NCBI GenBank assembly: GCA_038087875.1
Contig: CM075999.1
Span: 1,242,001-1,306,000, forward strand
DNA length: 64,000 nucleotides
Direction of reading: 5' to 3'
Source: Malacoraja senta
Lineage: Eukaryota
Under the pieces are notes generated by a model. It was not told the origin of the DNA, ran no database searches, and saw nothing but the letters and a program-made list of their open reading frames with translations. The translations under genes were made by a program, and so were the position numbers. This document shows positions 53,053 through 64,000 of the stretch, one piece after another (within the stretch, counting starts at the first letter, position 1; every line of letters starts with the position of its first letter).

Positions 53053-53912
53053 CAGTAGTTCAGGATTGCTCTCTGAAAGCAGTGGGATGGTTTAGTTGCC
53101 TGATAAGAGCTGGGAAGAAACTGTTCCTGAATCAGTAGGTGAGAGTCCCACAAGGCAGAGTCTTCCCTCATTATAAATGACTACATCCCTGAGGGAAATG
53201 TCATATCTCTCTGTCTAACCTGATGCTAACTTAGTGCACATATAAAAAACAGGCGTGCACTGTATCGTCCCTTATTCCTGCATCTGCTGTAAAACTACCA
53301 CCAGTGGAAGCATTGCAATGGAACAAATATATTTCAATTCATCAATTGTAATTTGTAGCAATAATGAAATTCTGTCAGTTAAAAATTCACTTTCAGTAAA
53401 ATGCTTTGCTGAAATAAAGACTGAACCCTTACATTCATCCACTGATGAAATAACCTTAGATTCCTTTCAGCATTCAACAATCTATCACTCCCAATCTTAA
53501 GCTTCCTTCCTCAACATCCTCTGCTCTCTGAAGTAAACGATTCCAATTTTGAGAAGAGGTATTTAACTTGATCTTGATTGTAGATTGTTATAACAAGAAC
53601 TGCAGGTGCTGGTTTATTCCAAAGATGGACACAAAATGGTGGAGTAACTCAGCGGGTCTGGCAGCATCTCTGGAGAAAAACGGATAGGTGACTTTGTGGG
53701 TCCTGGCCCAAAACTTCACCTATCCATTTCCTCCGAAGATGCTGCCTGGCCCGCTTAGTTATTCCAGCATTTTTGTGTCTGGCCCTATTATAGGTTGTTA
53801 GATGGGTGGGAAGTGGGGTAGAGCAAGGCCAGGAGAAAATGGAGCTCTGTCATCAACTTGTGCATTGTACTTTCAGCAAACTCCATGCGTGTGTGGATCA
53901 TTGATCAAACAT

Positions 53913-54262
53913 CCCTCTGAGGCAGAGAATTCCACAGACTCACAACTCTCTGGGTGAAAATGTTTTTCCTCATCTCCTTTCTAAATGGCCTACCCCTTAT
54001 TCTTAAACTGTGTTCCCTGGATCTGGACTCCCCCAACATCGGGAACATGTTTCCTGCCTCTAGCGTGTCCAATCCCTTAATAATCTGATATGTTTCAATA
54101 AGATAACCTCTCATCCTTCTAAATTCCAGTGTATACAAGCCCCGCCACTCCATTCTTTCAACATATGACAGTCCCGCCATCCCGGGAATTAACCGCATGA
54201 ACCTACGCTGCACTCCCTCAATAGCAAGAATGACCTTCCTCAAATTTGGAGACCAAAACTGC
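53913..54262 (-). mobile_element. CR1-like LINE fragment
   Basis: QFWSPNLRKVILAIEGVQRRFMRLIPGMAGLSY. Confidence 0.92.
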
Positions 54263-54537
54263 AATGTTTCTTAAGTGCGCATTGATGTACGAATTTTAAT
54301 AGAATAGCATAAACACTATCTGAATTGGAAAGTACTTTCGAAACCGGGCAAAGGAATTCATAATGGACTACTGAAAATGAAGTATAATGAAACTATTAAA
54401 ATTCAATTATCTGGCAAGATTTTAGTCCCTCTTAAATGTTACAGAATAACAACTACGCATAATTTGACTTTGCTTAAAAATTCCTTAGAGCACTATGGAC
54501 GCAGAAACTGCAACATTCTGCTTCCATAGTGCTCCAA

Positions 54538-54838
54538 TAGCCCTGTCCCACTGTACGAGTTCATTCCAAGAGCTCTCCCGAGTTTAAAACAAATCAAGCT
54601 CGTGGTAAGCACGGAGAATGAACGTAGCGGGTACGTTGGAGCTCGGGGACGTCTCTTAGCGGCTCGTAACGCTAACAGCAGGTACTCGGGAAGACTCGTG
54701 AAGATTTTTCACCACGTTGAAAAATGTCCACGATAGCCCCGATGACCGACGAGTGGCCATTACCGTAAATCTCCGAGTTCGAATCAGGGCAAACCCGGGA
54801 GAGCTCTTGGAATGAACTCGTACTGTGGGACAGGACTT
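54538..54838. mobile_element. PIF/Harbinger-like MITE (AAGCCCTGTCCCAC variant)
   Basis: Degenerate TIRs; interior homologous to 14869-15175. Confidence 0.85.
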
Positions 54839-54984
54839 TAAGGAAGTAGCAGTAGAGTTGCTGCCTTACAGCGCCAGAGACCCGAGTTCGATCCTGACTC
54901 CGGGTGCTGCCTGTACGGAGTTTGTACGTTCTCCCCATGACCTGTGTGGGTTTTCTCCGAAATCTTTCGATTCCTCTCTTTGGG

Positions 54985-55395
54985 CTTTGGGTTCCCTGGA
55001 CAGGGTCAAGGGAGGAGGTACAGGGACTGGTGTTGCATCTCCTGGGGCTGCAGGGTAAGGTACCTGGGGATGGGGTGGTTTGGATGGGATGAGTTAACCA
55101 GGGTGTTGCGGAGGGAACGGTCTCTGTGGAAGGCAGAAAGAGGTGGACATGGGAAGATGTGACTAGTGGTGGGATCCCGTTAGAGGTGGCGAAAATGTGG
55201 GAGGATTATATGTTGTATGCGACAGCTGATGAGGTAAAAGTAAGGACTAGGGGGACTCTGTCTCTGTTGCGACTAGGGGAGGGGGAGCAAGGTTGGAGCT
55301 GCGGGGTACCGAGGAGACACAAGTGAGAGCCTCATCTATGATGGGAGAGGGGAACCCCCTTTCCCTGAAGAATGAGGATATCTCAGATGTATCTT
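54985..55395 (-). mobile_element. Decayed Penelope-like fragment (RT-endonuclease linker)
   Basis: RVPLVLTF..HFRHL*RDPTTSHIFP..AFHRDRSLRNTLVNSS, homologous to 22700-22940. Confidence 0.85.
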
Positions 55396-55994
55396 TCTAT
55401 TTCTCAGTACTTCTAAGGTCCCACTGTTCATTGCCTCCATCTCAGCCTTATTAATATTTTTTAAATAGGTCACATTACATTTTGGAGGATTATATTTTTT
55501 CCCCATCTTACCAACACATCAATTTCATTCTGTGGCCAAATACTTCCTTTCTCATGATCAACAATGCCACTCATTTTTATGTCATAGAAACATAGAAACA
55601 TAGAAAATAGGTGCAGGAGTAGGCCATTCGGCCCTTCGAGCCTGCACCGCCATTTAATATGATCATGGCTGATCATCCAACTCAGTATCCTGTACCTGCT
55701 TTCTCTCCATACCCCCTGATCCCGTTAGCCACAAGGGCCACATCTAACTCCCTCTTAAATATAGCCAATGAACTGGCCTCAACTACCTTCTGTGGCAGAG
55801 AATTCCAGAGATTTCATCTGCAAACTAATCATACCTCCAAAAATGGGCACCGTATAATAACAAATAGCAAGGTTCTCAGCACCAATCACTGGGGCACACC
55901 GCTGGTTGAAGGCTTCCAACCGTAAACTGATTTTCCGCACCATTGCTTCTCTGCTGCGGGAAACTTGAGTCAGAAGCCGACTTCATTATTTCAA

Positions 55995-56357
55995 AGTGTA
56001 GGAAGGAGCTGCAGATGCTGTTTTAAAACGAAGATAGACACAGAAAGCTGGAGTAACTCAGCGGGACAGGCAGAATCTCTGGAGAGAAGGAGTGGGTGAT
56101 GTTTCGGGTCGAGACCCTTCTTCAGACTGGTTAGGGATAAGGGAAATGAGAGATATAGGTGTTGATGTAAAGAGATAAAGAACAATATGCATATCTTTCA
56201 CTCATTGTTCTTGATCTCTTCACATCATCATCATCTCTCGTTTCCCTTATCTATAACCAGTCTGAAGAAGGGTCTCCACCCGAAACGTCACCCATTCCTT
56301 CTCCAGAGATGCCGCCTGTCCCGCTGAGTTACTCCAGCATTTTGTGTCTATCTTCAC
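55995..56357. mobile_element. Fold-back Penelope-derived element
   Basis: Long inverted arms with hammerhead-like cores on both strands (~56099-56126 minus, 56262-56289 plus). 8-bp TSD TATTTCAA. Confidence 0.88.
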
Positions 56358-56446
56358 TATTTCAATGCTCTCCTGATTTCCAGCCTCCATTAATATTATT
56401 AGATCCAACACTCTCTGTTAATTTATCACTGTACACCCAGCATCCA

Positions 56447-56922
56447 TTGCTATTGAGGGAGTGCAGCGTAGGTTCACGAGGTTAATTCTCGGGATGGCGG
56501 GACTGTCATATGTTGCTAGAATGGAGCGACTGGGTTTGTACACACTGGAATTTAGAAGGGTGAGAGAGGATCTTATTGAAACATATAAGATTATTAAGGG
56601 ATTGGAACGCTAGAGGCAAGAACCAGGGGCCACAGTTTTAGAATAAGGGGTTGGCCATTTAGATCGGAGATGAGGAAAAACCTTTTCACCCAGAGAGTTG
56701 TGAATTTGTGGAATTCTCTGGCTCAGAAGGTAGTGGAGGCCAATTCTCTGCATGCTTTCAAGAGAGAGAGTTTGATAGAGCTCTTAAAGATAGTGGTGTC
56801 AAGGGATATGGGGAGAAGGCAGGAACGGGGTACTGATTGTGGATGATCAGCCATGATCACAGTGAATGGCGGTGCTGGCTCAAAGGGCCGAATGGCCTAC
56901 TCCTGCACCTATTGTCTATTGT
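56447..56922 (+). mobile_element. CR1-like LINE 3' fragment
   Basis: AIEGVQRRFTRLILGMAGLSY.. and (CTATTGT)n tail. Confidence 0.9.
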
Positions 56923-57385
56923 CACTCAGCCGGCACTCTTGACCTCATTATCTCTTGATCTTGTATTGTCAATTTAAAATCCTTGCCCTTTACCCCTTTC
57001 ATGCCCTTCTTTACCTTTGTAGCCTTCTGCCCTCTAGCCCATTGTTGCCCTCCTCCGTTTGGCATTTAGCCAGTTATTCCTCTTTGGTCCCAACACTGAG
57101 CGCCTTGCTTTTTGCTCTATCGGAATCTAAAATGGACAAAACAGAATTGAAATTCCCACAAAGGAAGACTCAGGCCTGTCCTCGAAGGATCCAATTTCAG
57201 GGTTTGAGTTTCGAGGCAAGCATCAGGCTGGGTGGAGATCGGGATTGTAAACTTTGGAGAATCCAGACTAGGATAATGGTCAATACATGTTATGGTGGTT
57301 TTCCAAATAGATGTTAATAGAGAGAAGTTTTTCAAGGTCACAGGCAAAGAGAAGTGGGACTTGCCTCATGCACATTCCTTACTAA

Positions 57386-57650
57386 AAGCCCTGTCCCAAT
57401 GTACCAGTTCATTCAAGAGCTCTCCTAAGTTAAATTAAAAAATCAAACTCGTGGAAGCACGTAGAATGTACGTAGCGGGTACGTCGGAGCTCGGGGACGT
57501 CTCTTAGCGGCTCGTAACGCTAACGGCGGGTACTCGGGAAACGCGGTAAGCTTGGGAAAAATGTTGAAAAATGTTGAAAAATGTCCACGAGAGCCCCGAG
57601 TACCGACTCGGGAGAACTCTTGAATGAACTCGTACAGTGGGACAGGGCTT
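57386..57650. mobile_element. PIF/Harbinger-like MITE (AAGCCCTGTCCCA variant)
   Basis: TIRs with TAA/TAA TSD. Confidence 0.9.
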
Positions 57651-57873
57651 TAACAGGAAGGCATTGAAAGTTATCCCTCAGAGAGAGAGAGAGAGAGAGA
57701 GAATAAAAATCTACTCCATTCCTATGTTGTACAAGATTCATGGGCCTGAGTGCAATGACTGTGTCCAAGTGGTGGGATTTACTGGCTTGCTGCATCCTCT
57801 CCTCCTCTCCCAATCCTCCATGTATTCAGGTGCAAACAAGATCAGACGTTACTGGTAGATGTAAATATAATGC

Positions 57874-58342
57874 AAGGAGGATGTTGCCAGGACTCGAGGG
57901 CTGAGCTATAAGGAGAGGTCGAGTAGGCTGAGACTCTATTCCTTGGAGCACAGGAGGATGAGGGGTATTCTCATAGAGGTGTACAAATTCATGAGAGGAA
58001 TAGATCGGGTAGCCGCACAGAGCCTCTTGCCCAGAGTAAGGGACTCGAGGACCAGAGGACATAAGTTCAAGGTGAGGGGGGACAGATTTAATATGAACCT
58101 GAGGGACAACTTTTTCTACTTAATGGGTGGTGGGTGTATGGAGCGAGCTGCTGGAGGAGGTAGTTGAGGCAGGTAATATCGCAACAGATAAAAAACATTT
58201 AGACAGGTACATGGATAGGACAGGTTTGGAGGGAAATGGGCCAAACGCAGTCAGGTGGGACTAGTGTAGATGGGAAATGTAGGTCAGAGTGGGCAAGTTG
58301 GGCCGAAGGGCCTATTTGCACGTTGTATGACTCTGTGACTCT
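57874..58342 (+). mobile_element. CR1/HER1-like LINE 3' fragment
   Basis: EHRRMRGILIEVYKFMRGIDRV..RTRGHKFKVRG. Confidence 0.9.
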
Positions 58343-58824
58343 AAATGCCATCAGATTCAGGTCGCCTTCTAGAGTTGGATTACGGGACAGATAATCCAGA
58401 TATGACAAATTCAAATTCCATTCCTAGCTAAATGAGAAGAAAAATTTCAGAGAGAAATCATAATGTTCCCAACTGTTGTGGGTTACACCTAATCATCCAT
58501 GCTGCAATGAACGCAGTATCAGGGTTGAACTTTTCAAACAGGTTGTTTGTGGAAAGAAAACCTTTAAGGATTGGTTTACACAAACAGGAGCATTTCTACT
58601 GCACCCCTGCTATGTGACAAGTCACAAGTCTCTTCATAAATAACTAGAGAGCTCTGGTGCGGCAGAATCTCTTCTCTACAGGTGTTTAAATCTGCAAGCA
58701 TCAGAGAGAAAATGCTCATTAGCAACTTTCAGAATGATAATCAACTTGACTTTTTTCTCTCCATCAAAGCATCTCCATGATGCTAACGCATGGGCATCAA
58801 GCATTGCTATGTTGGACAACTTAT

Positions 58825-59345
58825 GATCACAGGAATGATTGGGTTAACATATGATGAGCTTTTGAAGGCACTGGGCCTGTACCCGCTGGAGTTTAGGATG
58901 ATGGGACACATCGTTGAAGTTTACCGAATAATGAACGACCTGGGTAGAGTGAATGTGGAGTGGATGTTTCCACTAGTGGGAGAGGCTACAGCCTCAGAAT
59001 AAAAGGACCTACCTTGGGAAAGGAGATGAGGAGAAGGGTCTCGTCCCAAAACGTCACCCGTTCCTTCTCTCCAGAGATGCTGCCTGTCCCGTTGAGTTAC
59101 TCCAGCTTTTTGTGTCTATCTACGTATTCCTTTAGCCAGAGGGTGATGAATCTGTGGAATTCATTGCCACAGATGGCTGTGGGGGTCAAGTCAATGGATA
59201 TTTTTAAGGTGGAGATTGACAGATTTTTTATTTGTACGGGTGTCAAAAGGTCATGGGGTGAAGGCAGGAAAACAGGGTTGAGGGAAAGATAGATCAGCCA
59301 TGATTGAATGGTGGGGGAGACTGGCCTTATTCTGCTCCTATAACT
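58825..59345 (+). mobile_element. CR1-like LINE 3' fragment with nested Penelope mini-insertion (~59030-59122)
   Basis: GLTYDELLKALGLYPLEFR..; SQRVMNLWNSLPQ resumes after the insert. Confidence 0.85.
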
Positions 59346-59360
59346 CGTGGTCTTTGCCAC

Positions 59361-60204
59361 AATTCAATTCAATTCAATTTATTTGTCTTTTGGACAAATT
59401 TGTCATTTGGACCCCTTGAGGTTCAAACGAAATGTCGTTTCTGCAGCCATACAATACAAAACGAAGAAGACCCGAGACACAACACAATTTACACATCCAT
59501 CCATCACAACGCTGTGATGGAAGGCAAAAAAAACATATCTCTCCACTGCACTCCCCCCCCCCCCCCCCCCGATGTCAGAGTCAAAGTCAAAGCCCCCGGC
59601 GGGCGATGGTGATTATCCCGCGGCCATTAAAGCCACGCCGGGTGATGCAGGGTCGCGCACCGGGTCTTGGTGTTAGAGCCCCGGCGCGCGCTCGCAAAGT
59701 TCGGCGGCCATTCCAAGCCGCGCGGGGGGATAAAGCCCCGCTCCAGGTGCTCTTCAACCCCGCAACTCGGGCGGGAGAAGTCGCTGGACCCGCGGGCTTC
59801 CAGTGTTGCCGTCCGCCAGACCCGCGGTTGTAGCCTCCGAATCTCCGGCGGTCGGGTCGCAGCAGCGCTCCACCACAGCTCCACCCGCTCCGGACTCGGC
59901 CAGCCCCGTGACGGTGAGTAGTCCGCAGCTCCACAACTGGAGCCCCAGGTCGTTCCTGCTGGAGTCCGCTCCATGTTGCCCAGCCCCAACGACAACGGAG
60001 ACCCGACAAAGAAAAGGTCGGGTCTCCCGTGCAGGGGAAAGATTTCAAAGTTTCCCCCCCCCACCCCCACCCCCACCCCCCCACACACATACCCCGACAA
60101 AAAAAACAAAAAAAAAACGACATAAAAACGAGACAAAAATAATAAAAAGACAGACGGACTGCAGAGGCCGCTGCAGACGAAAGTCGCGCCGCCCACCAAG
60201 AGGT
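59361..60204 (-). mobile_element. GC-rich non-coding retroposon-like element with (TTGAA)n tail
   Basis: Minus-strand 3' end ACAAATAAATTGAATTGAATTGAATT. CpG-rich body. The G-run/GGGGAAACT region resembles 21080-21300. Confidence 0.6.
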
Positions 60205-60624
60205 TAGTTTTGTTTATTGTCAAGTTAATCTACTAATTTTTGTACATTACAGGGGTTATAGGAACAAACAGATCCTTTTAACATAATTTCCTTTCATTCA
60301 TCAAGGAAGTCACGATATCTCCAAGTCCATTCGAGTTTCAACTCACCCACTTTAATTTCTTATTCAGTGCAACTAAAATTTGCATCCAGGTAGATTCTGT
60401 TTTATGCTTAGTTCCTGTGACAGCAATATGTGTTGTAAACATGCAGAGATGTTAATGGCTTAATCAGAGGTGATGATGATGGTTTAAAATATCAGTTTGC
60501 TTCGTATACTTCCCTCAGACTGGCCTACACGCCTTCTAATGGGATTTCCCAAATTGGAGAAAACAGGATTTGCACGTCATTGATTCCAAACAACTCCTTC
60601 CTTCCAGTCTCCTGCAAGCCTCCT

Positions 60625-60922
60625 TTTAGAACGCAGCAAAAAGGCCCTTCAGCCCACCGAGTCCGCACCGACCAGCCATCCCCGCACATTAACACTATCA
60701 TACACACACTGGGGACAATTTACATTTACACCAAGCCAATTAACCTACAAACCGCTACGTCTTTGGCGTGTGGGAGGAAACCGAAGAGCTCGGAAAAACC
60801 CCACGCAGGTCACGGGGAGAACGTACAAACTTCGTACAGACAGCACCCATAGTCAGGATCGAACCCGGGTCTCTGGTGCTGTAAGGCAGCAACTCTACCG
60901 CTGCACCACAGTGCCGCCCTGT
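60625..60922 (-). mobile_element. HE1-type SINE
   Basis: Head-to-tail match to other copies. Confidence 0.9.
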
Positions 60923-61209
60923 CTATTCTCAGCAGCGCACCAAAACGTAAAAGGAGTTGTCCCTCGTATCTGGCCTAGTGTAGCTGGGACAGATGTTGGC
61001 CGGTGTGGGCAAGTTGGGCCGAAGGGCCTGTTTAGACACACTGTGACTTTATGACTCTATGTATCCTGGTCAACATTAATCCCTGAATCAACGTCACAAA
61101 AACGGATAACCCGCTTGTTAGTGTGTTGCTTGTTATGGAAACTTGCTGTGTATAAAATGGCTGCTATGTTTCGGACTGCAGACACTACACTTTCAACGAA
61201 AACACCTTG

Positions 61210-62249
61210 TAGGTATGTTACAAAACTTACCTTCAGTCGCGCTGTAATTCTGCCACTGGCCGTGTGCGCGATTTTGGCGCCTTTAAGGGGGGGCGGGGTT
61301 AAAACGCGGGTTTCTCCTCCCTTGTCCTGGGAATATTTTGTTGGAGTACAAGCCTTGGCTGACAAAATCGTTCCTACCGGCGTTTTGTGAATTTTTTATT
61401 TTTATTAAATCGTCAATGTCAGCGCTACAGTAATTTAAAAAGCAGCTACTGAAGCGTCAACGCCGATAACGGGGACGGATTTCACACACGGGACAGGTAA
61501 ACGAAAGTGCTTTCTTTAAATGTATAAAAGTGCTTCTTAAGAAGCCTTTAATTCACATTTTGTCATGCGACACGGTGATTTTATTCCCCGAATTAACGGC
61601 AGTATTTTTCATGCCAATACAGGGTTAAATTCACCGCAAATCAACGTTCCAAAAGATCGCGTTCCAGAAAACCTCACTCGCAAGATGAATTAAATCCCCA
61701 TTAATTTACAGGTATTAAACATTCAATTCTTTCCATTTGGCCTGTAAATTCATGAAAATGAGATTTAAAAATTATGTTATATTGTGAATTATTGTGTGAA
61801 TGTTATTTGGACACTTAGGCTATTTAAAAATGTTAATCTATTCTTAAGAAATTGATAGATGTTTAGATCTAGTAATTGAATTTTGTAATTAGCTACAATT
61901 AGGTAACTAACTAATTATATGCTTTACTTTCATGTCTTCGAAGTAAGATTGTTTCATATTTGTTTCAGAATGCTTCAATCTATAATACCTGAAAATTTCT
62001 TTCAGTTATCATAATTTTTAAGAAAGTTATGGGCTTTTAACTGTCCTCGATCACAGCTTTTGTGTTAAGTCAATGGAAAAGCAATAGGGAACTAGATGCT
62101 AATTTCTGAGTATGATAATGGCCATAACTTTTTTAATACTGAAGATATGAAAGTGAATTAAGTGTCAAATTAAACTTCTTTTTATGCTTTATCTGATGGG
62201 ATAAATTGCAGACTTTATTTTTAAAATCTCAAAATTTTGTAACATTGCT
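61210..62249. mobile_element. 1040-bp non-autonomous DNA transposon (copy 2)
   Basis: Same termini as 46476-47515. 8-bp TSD ACACCTTG (61202-61209, 62250-62257). Confidence 0.92.
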
Positions 62250-62689
62250 ACACCTTGGGCATCCTGACAGAATCGACAAATGTCTTCATTATATTTTCTT
62301 CTCCTGCCATCATCATCATTTAGATTTCCCCAGAGTCAGACCCTCCATATTTTCGCTCCTAATTTTTGGCACTTGATCTGCAAAAGCACCTGTTGCTCCA
62401 GGTTTATGTTAATCCCCGAGACTCATTCACAACAGCCCAGTTTTATGAGTTGAATGTTCCTGGAATAAAAATCTATGCTTCAGGTCACACCTGTGAGTAA
62501 TGCCATAAGGGGCATCCAATATTGTCCTCCAATTTATGTTTAATTGTCTTTGAACATTTCCATTGAGTTGCCCAACGCAGCAGGAGACTATTTTGCCCAT
62601 CTGGACATTTATAATTGGTCCTGCACCCTTCTTCTTTATTTCCCTCATTTTCACCCCTTCAAGTATTTATCCTATCCCTTTTCTCAAGG

Positions 62690-62995
62690 TTTAGTTTCGT
62701 TTTGAGGCACAGCGCAGAAACAGGCCCTACGGTCCACCGAGTCTGCGCCGACCAGCGATCCCCGCACACTAACCCTATCCTACACACACTAGGGACAATT
62801 TACAATTTTACTGAAGCCAATGAACCTACAAACCTGTACGTCTTTGGAGTGTGGGAGGAAACCGGAGGCGCCGGAGAAAACACACGCAGGTCAAGGGGAG
62901 AATGTACAAACTCCATACAGACAGCACCCAAGGTCGGTATTGAACCCGGGTCTCTGGCGCTGTCAGGCAGCAACTCTAACTCTGCCCCGCCGTGC
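62690..62995 (-). mobile_element. HE1-type SINE
   Basis: Head-to-tail match to other copies. Confidence 0.9.
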
Positions 62996-63595
62996 CTCGG
63001 TTGTTGGTGAATTTGTTTCCATTACCCTTTATGGCAGTGCCTTTTACATCACAACTACACAAAACACTTCCCATACATTCCCATTTCCCTTTTTGGCAAT
63101 TATCTTATATTTATATGTTGCCATTATGGATCATCTGAAAACAGTTTTCATCTTTTTCATTCTCTCAAAATCCATCATGGTTTTGAATATCTCCATCATA
63201 TTTCACTACCTCCCAATTTTTTTGGTCCATGGAGCTAAAACCCCAACTCTGGTAACATTCCAGTCAACTCGCCTAGATCCAGTTCCAACCCCACCACACC
63301 TTCTCCTGAAGATTGCTTAAAATTGTTCTCAATGCTCCAGCTGAGACTGAGACCTAGATTTAAAAAATATGTATTTCCTATAATAACCTGAAATTTTTCA
63401 AAGCAATGTTTGAAAGCGCAGGTATAAAATATTTAGGGGCCAATCTTTCCACCTTCACTGCGTTTACCCACAGGCACAGAAATCCTCAATACTCCAACAA
63501 GGGGCTAAATGAATATACATTACTTTGCACTTTCCTGAAACTCCCTACTGCATCCTCGTATTGTAAAGAAACAAAAAGAAAATCATTAATTTTGT

Positions 63596-64000
63596 AGCAA
63601 AAGAAAAGCAAAATCTAAAACAAGTGAATTAATAAACTCATACATTAACTCTACTAATATCAAAGATGTTTGGAGAATTGAAAACCCATCTGGAAGGGAA
63701 TATTCATTCTATTCACCGGTACATAAAACTTACTCAAGAATAGATTACTTTTTAGTAAACTCTAAGCTTATCCCATTTACTTATAACTCAAAATATCATA
63801 ATATTATAATTTCGGACCATGCACCTCTAACATTTATGATCAAACTAAGTGGAATGACTGAGAAGCAGACACAATGGAGATTTAATCCTCAGATTTTAAA
63901 TGATAAAGCATGTTGTGAATATCTTATCACACAGATAAATATGTTTTTTGAGACTCATGATTGCCCTGAAATATCTCCCTCCCTTTTTTGGGAAACATTT
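63596..64000 (+). mobile_element. L1-clade LINE ORF2, APE endonuclease C-terminal part (runs off window)
   Basis: Open 135-codon frame absent from the ORF track: KDVWRIENPSGREYSFYSPVHKTYSRIDYFLV...ISDHAPL...WRFNPQIL...LFWETF. Confidence 0.92.

Noticed and set aside
59432..60223. Overlapping 130-200 aa ORFs
   Set aside because: Expected from high GC content; no domain similarity recognised.
63406..63597. ORF with IKYLG motif as part of the adjacent L1 RT
   Set aside because: Lies upstream of the endonuclease, in the wrong order, with no other RT motifs; likely chance.

Overview
Repeat-dense vertebrate genomic DNA, most likely from a cartilaginous fish (skate/ray-like). This is inferred from abundant HE1-type V-SINEs and HER1/CR1 LINE tails. 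No complete host gene can be supported; there are only a few candidate exons and an RFX X-box. The window is a mosaic of nested mobile elements. (1) A structurally complete 4.3-kb DIRS1-type tyrosine-recombinase retroelement (5167-9478) with near-perfect ITR/ICR termini but heavily decayed ORFs. (2) Penelope-like (Neptune-type GIY-YIG) fragments plus roughly 25-30 Penelope terminal repeats carrying a minimal hammerhead-ribozyme core, many as ~100-nt mini-insertions or fold-back palindromes with TSDs. (3) Eight PIF/Harbinger-like MITEs sharing one 15-bp TIR. (4) Two 1040-bp DNA transposons with 8-bp TSDs and two hAT-like elements. (5) Fragments of CR1, Rex/Babar, Tx1, Vingi, RTE and L1 LINEs, and long (TG)n microsatellites. 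Coordinates were read by eye; ends without TSD support are approximate.
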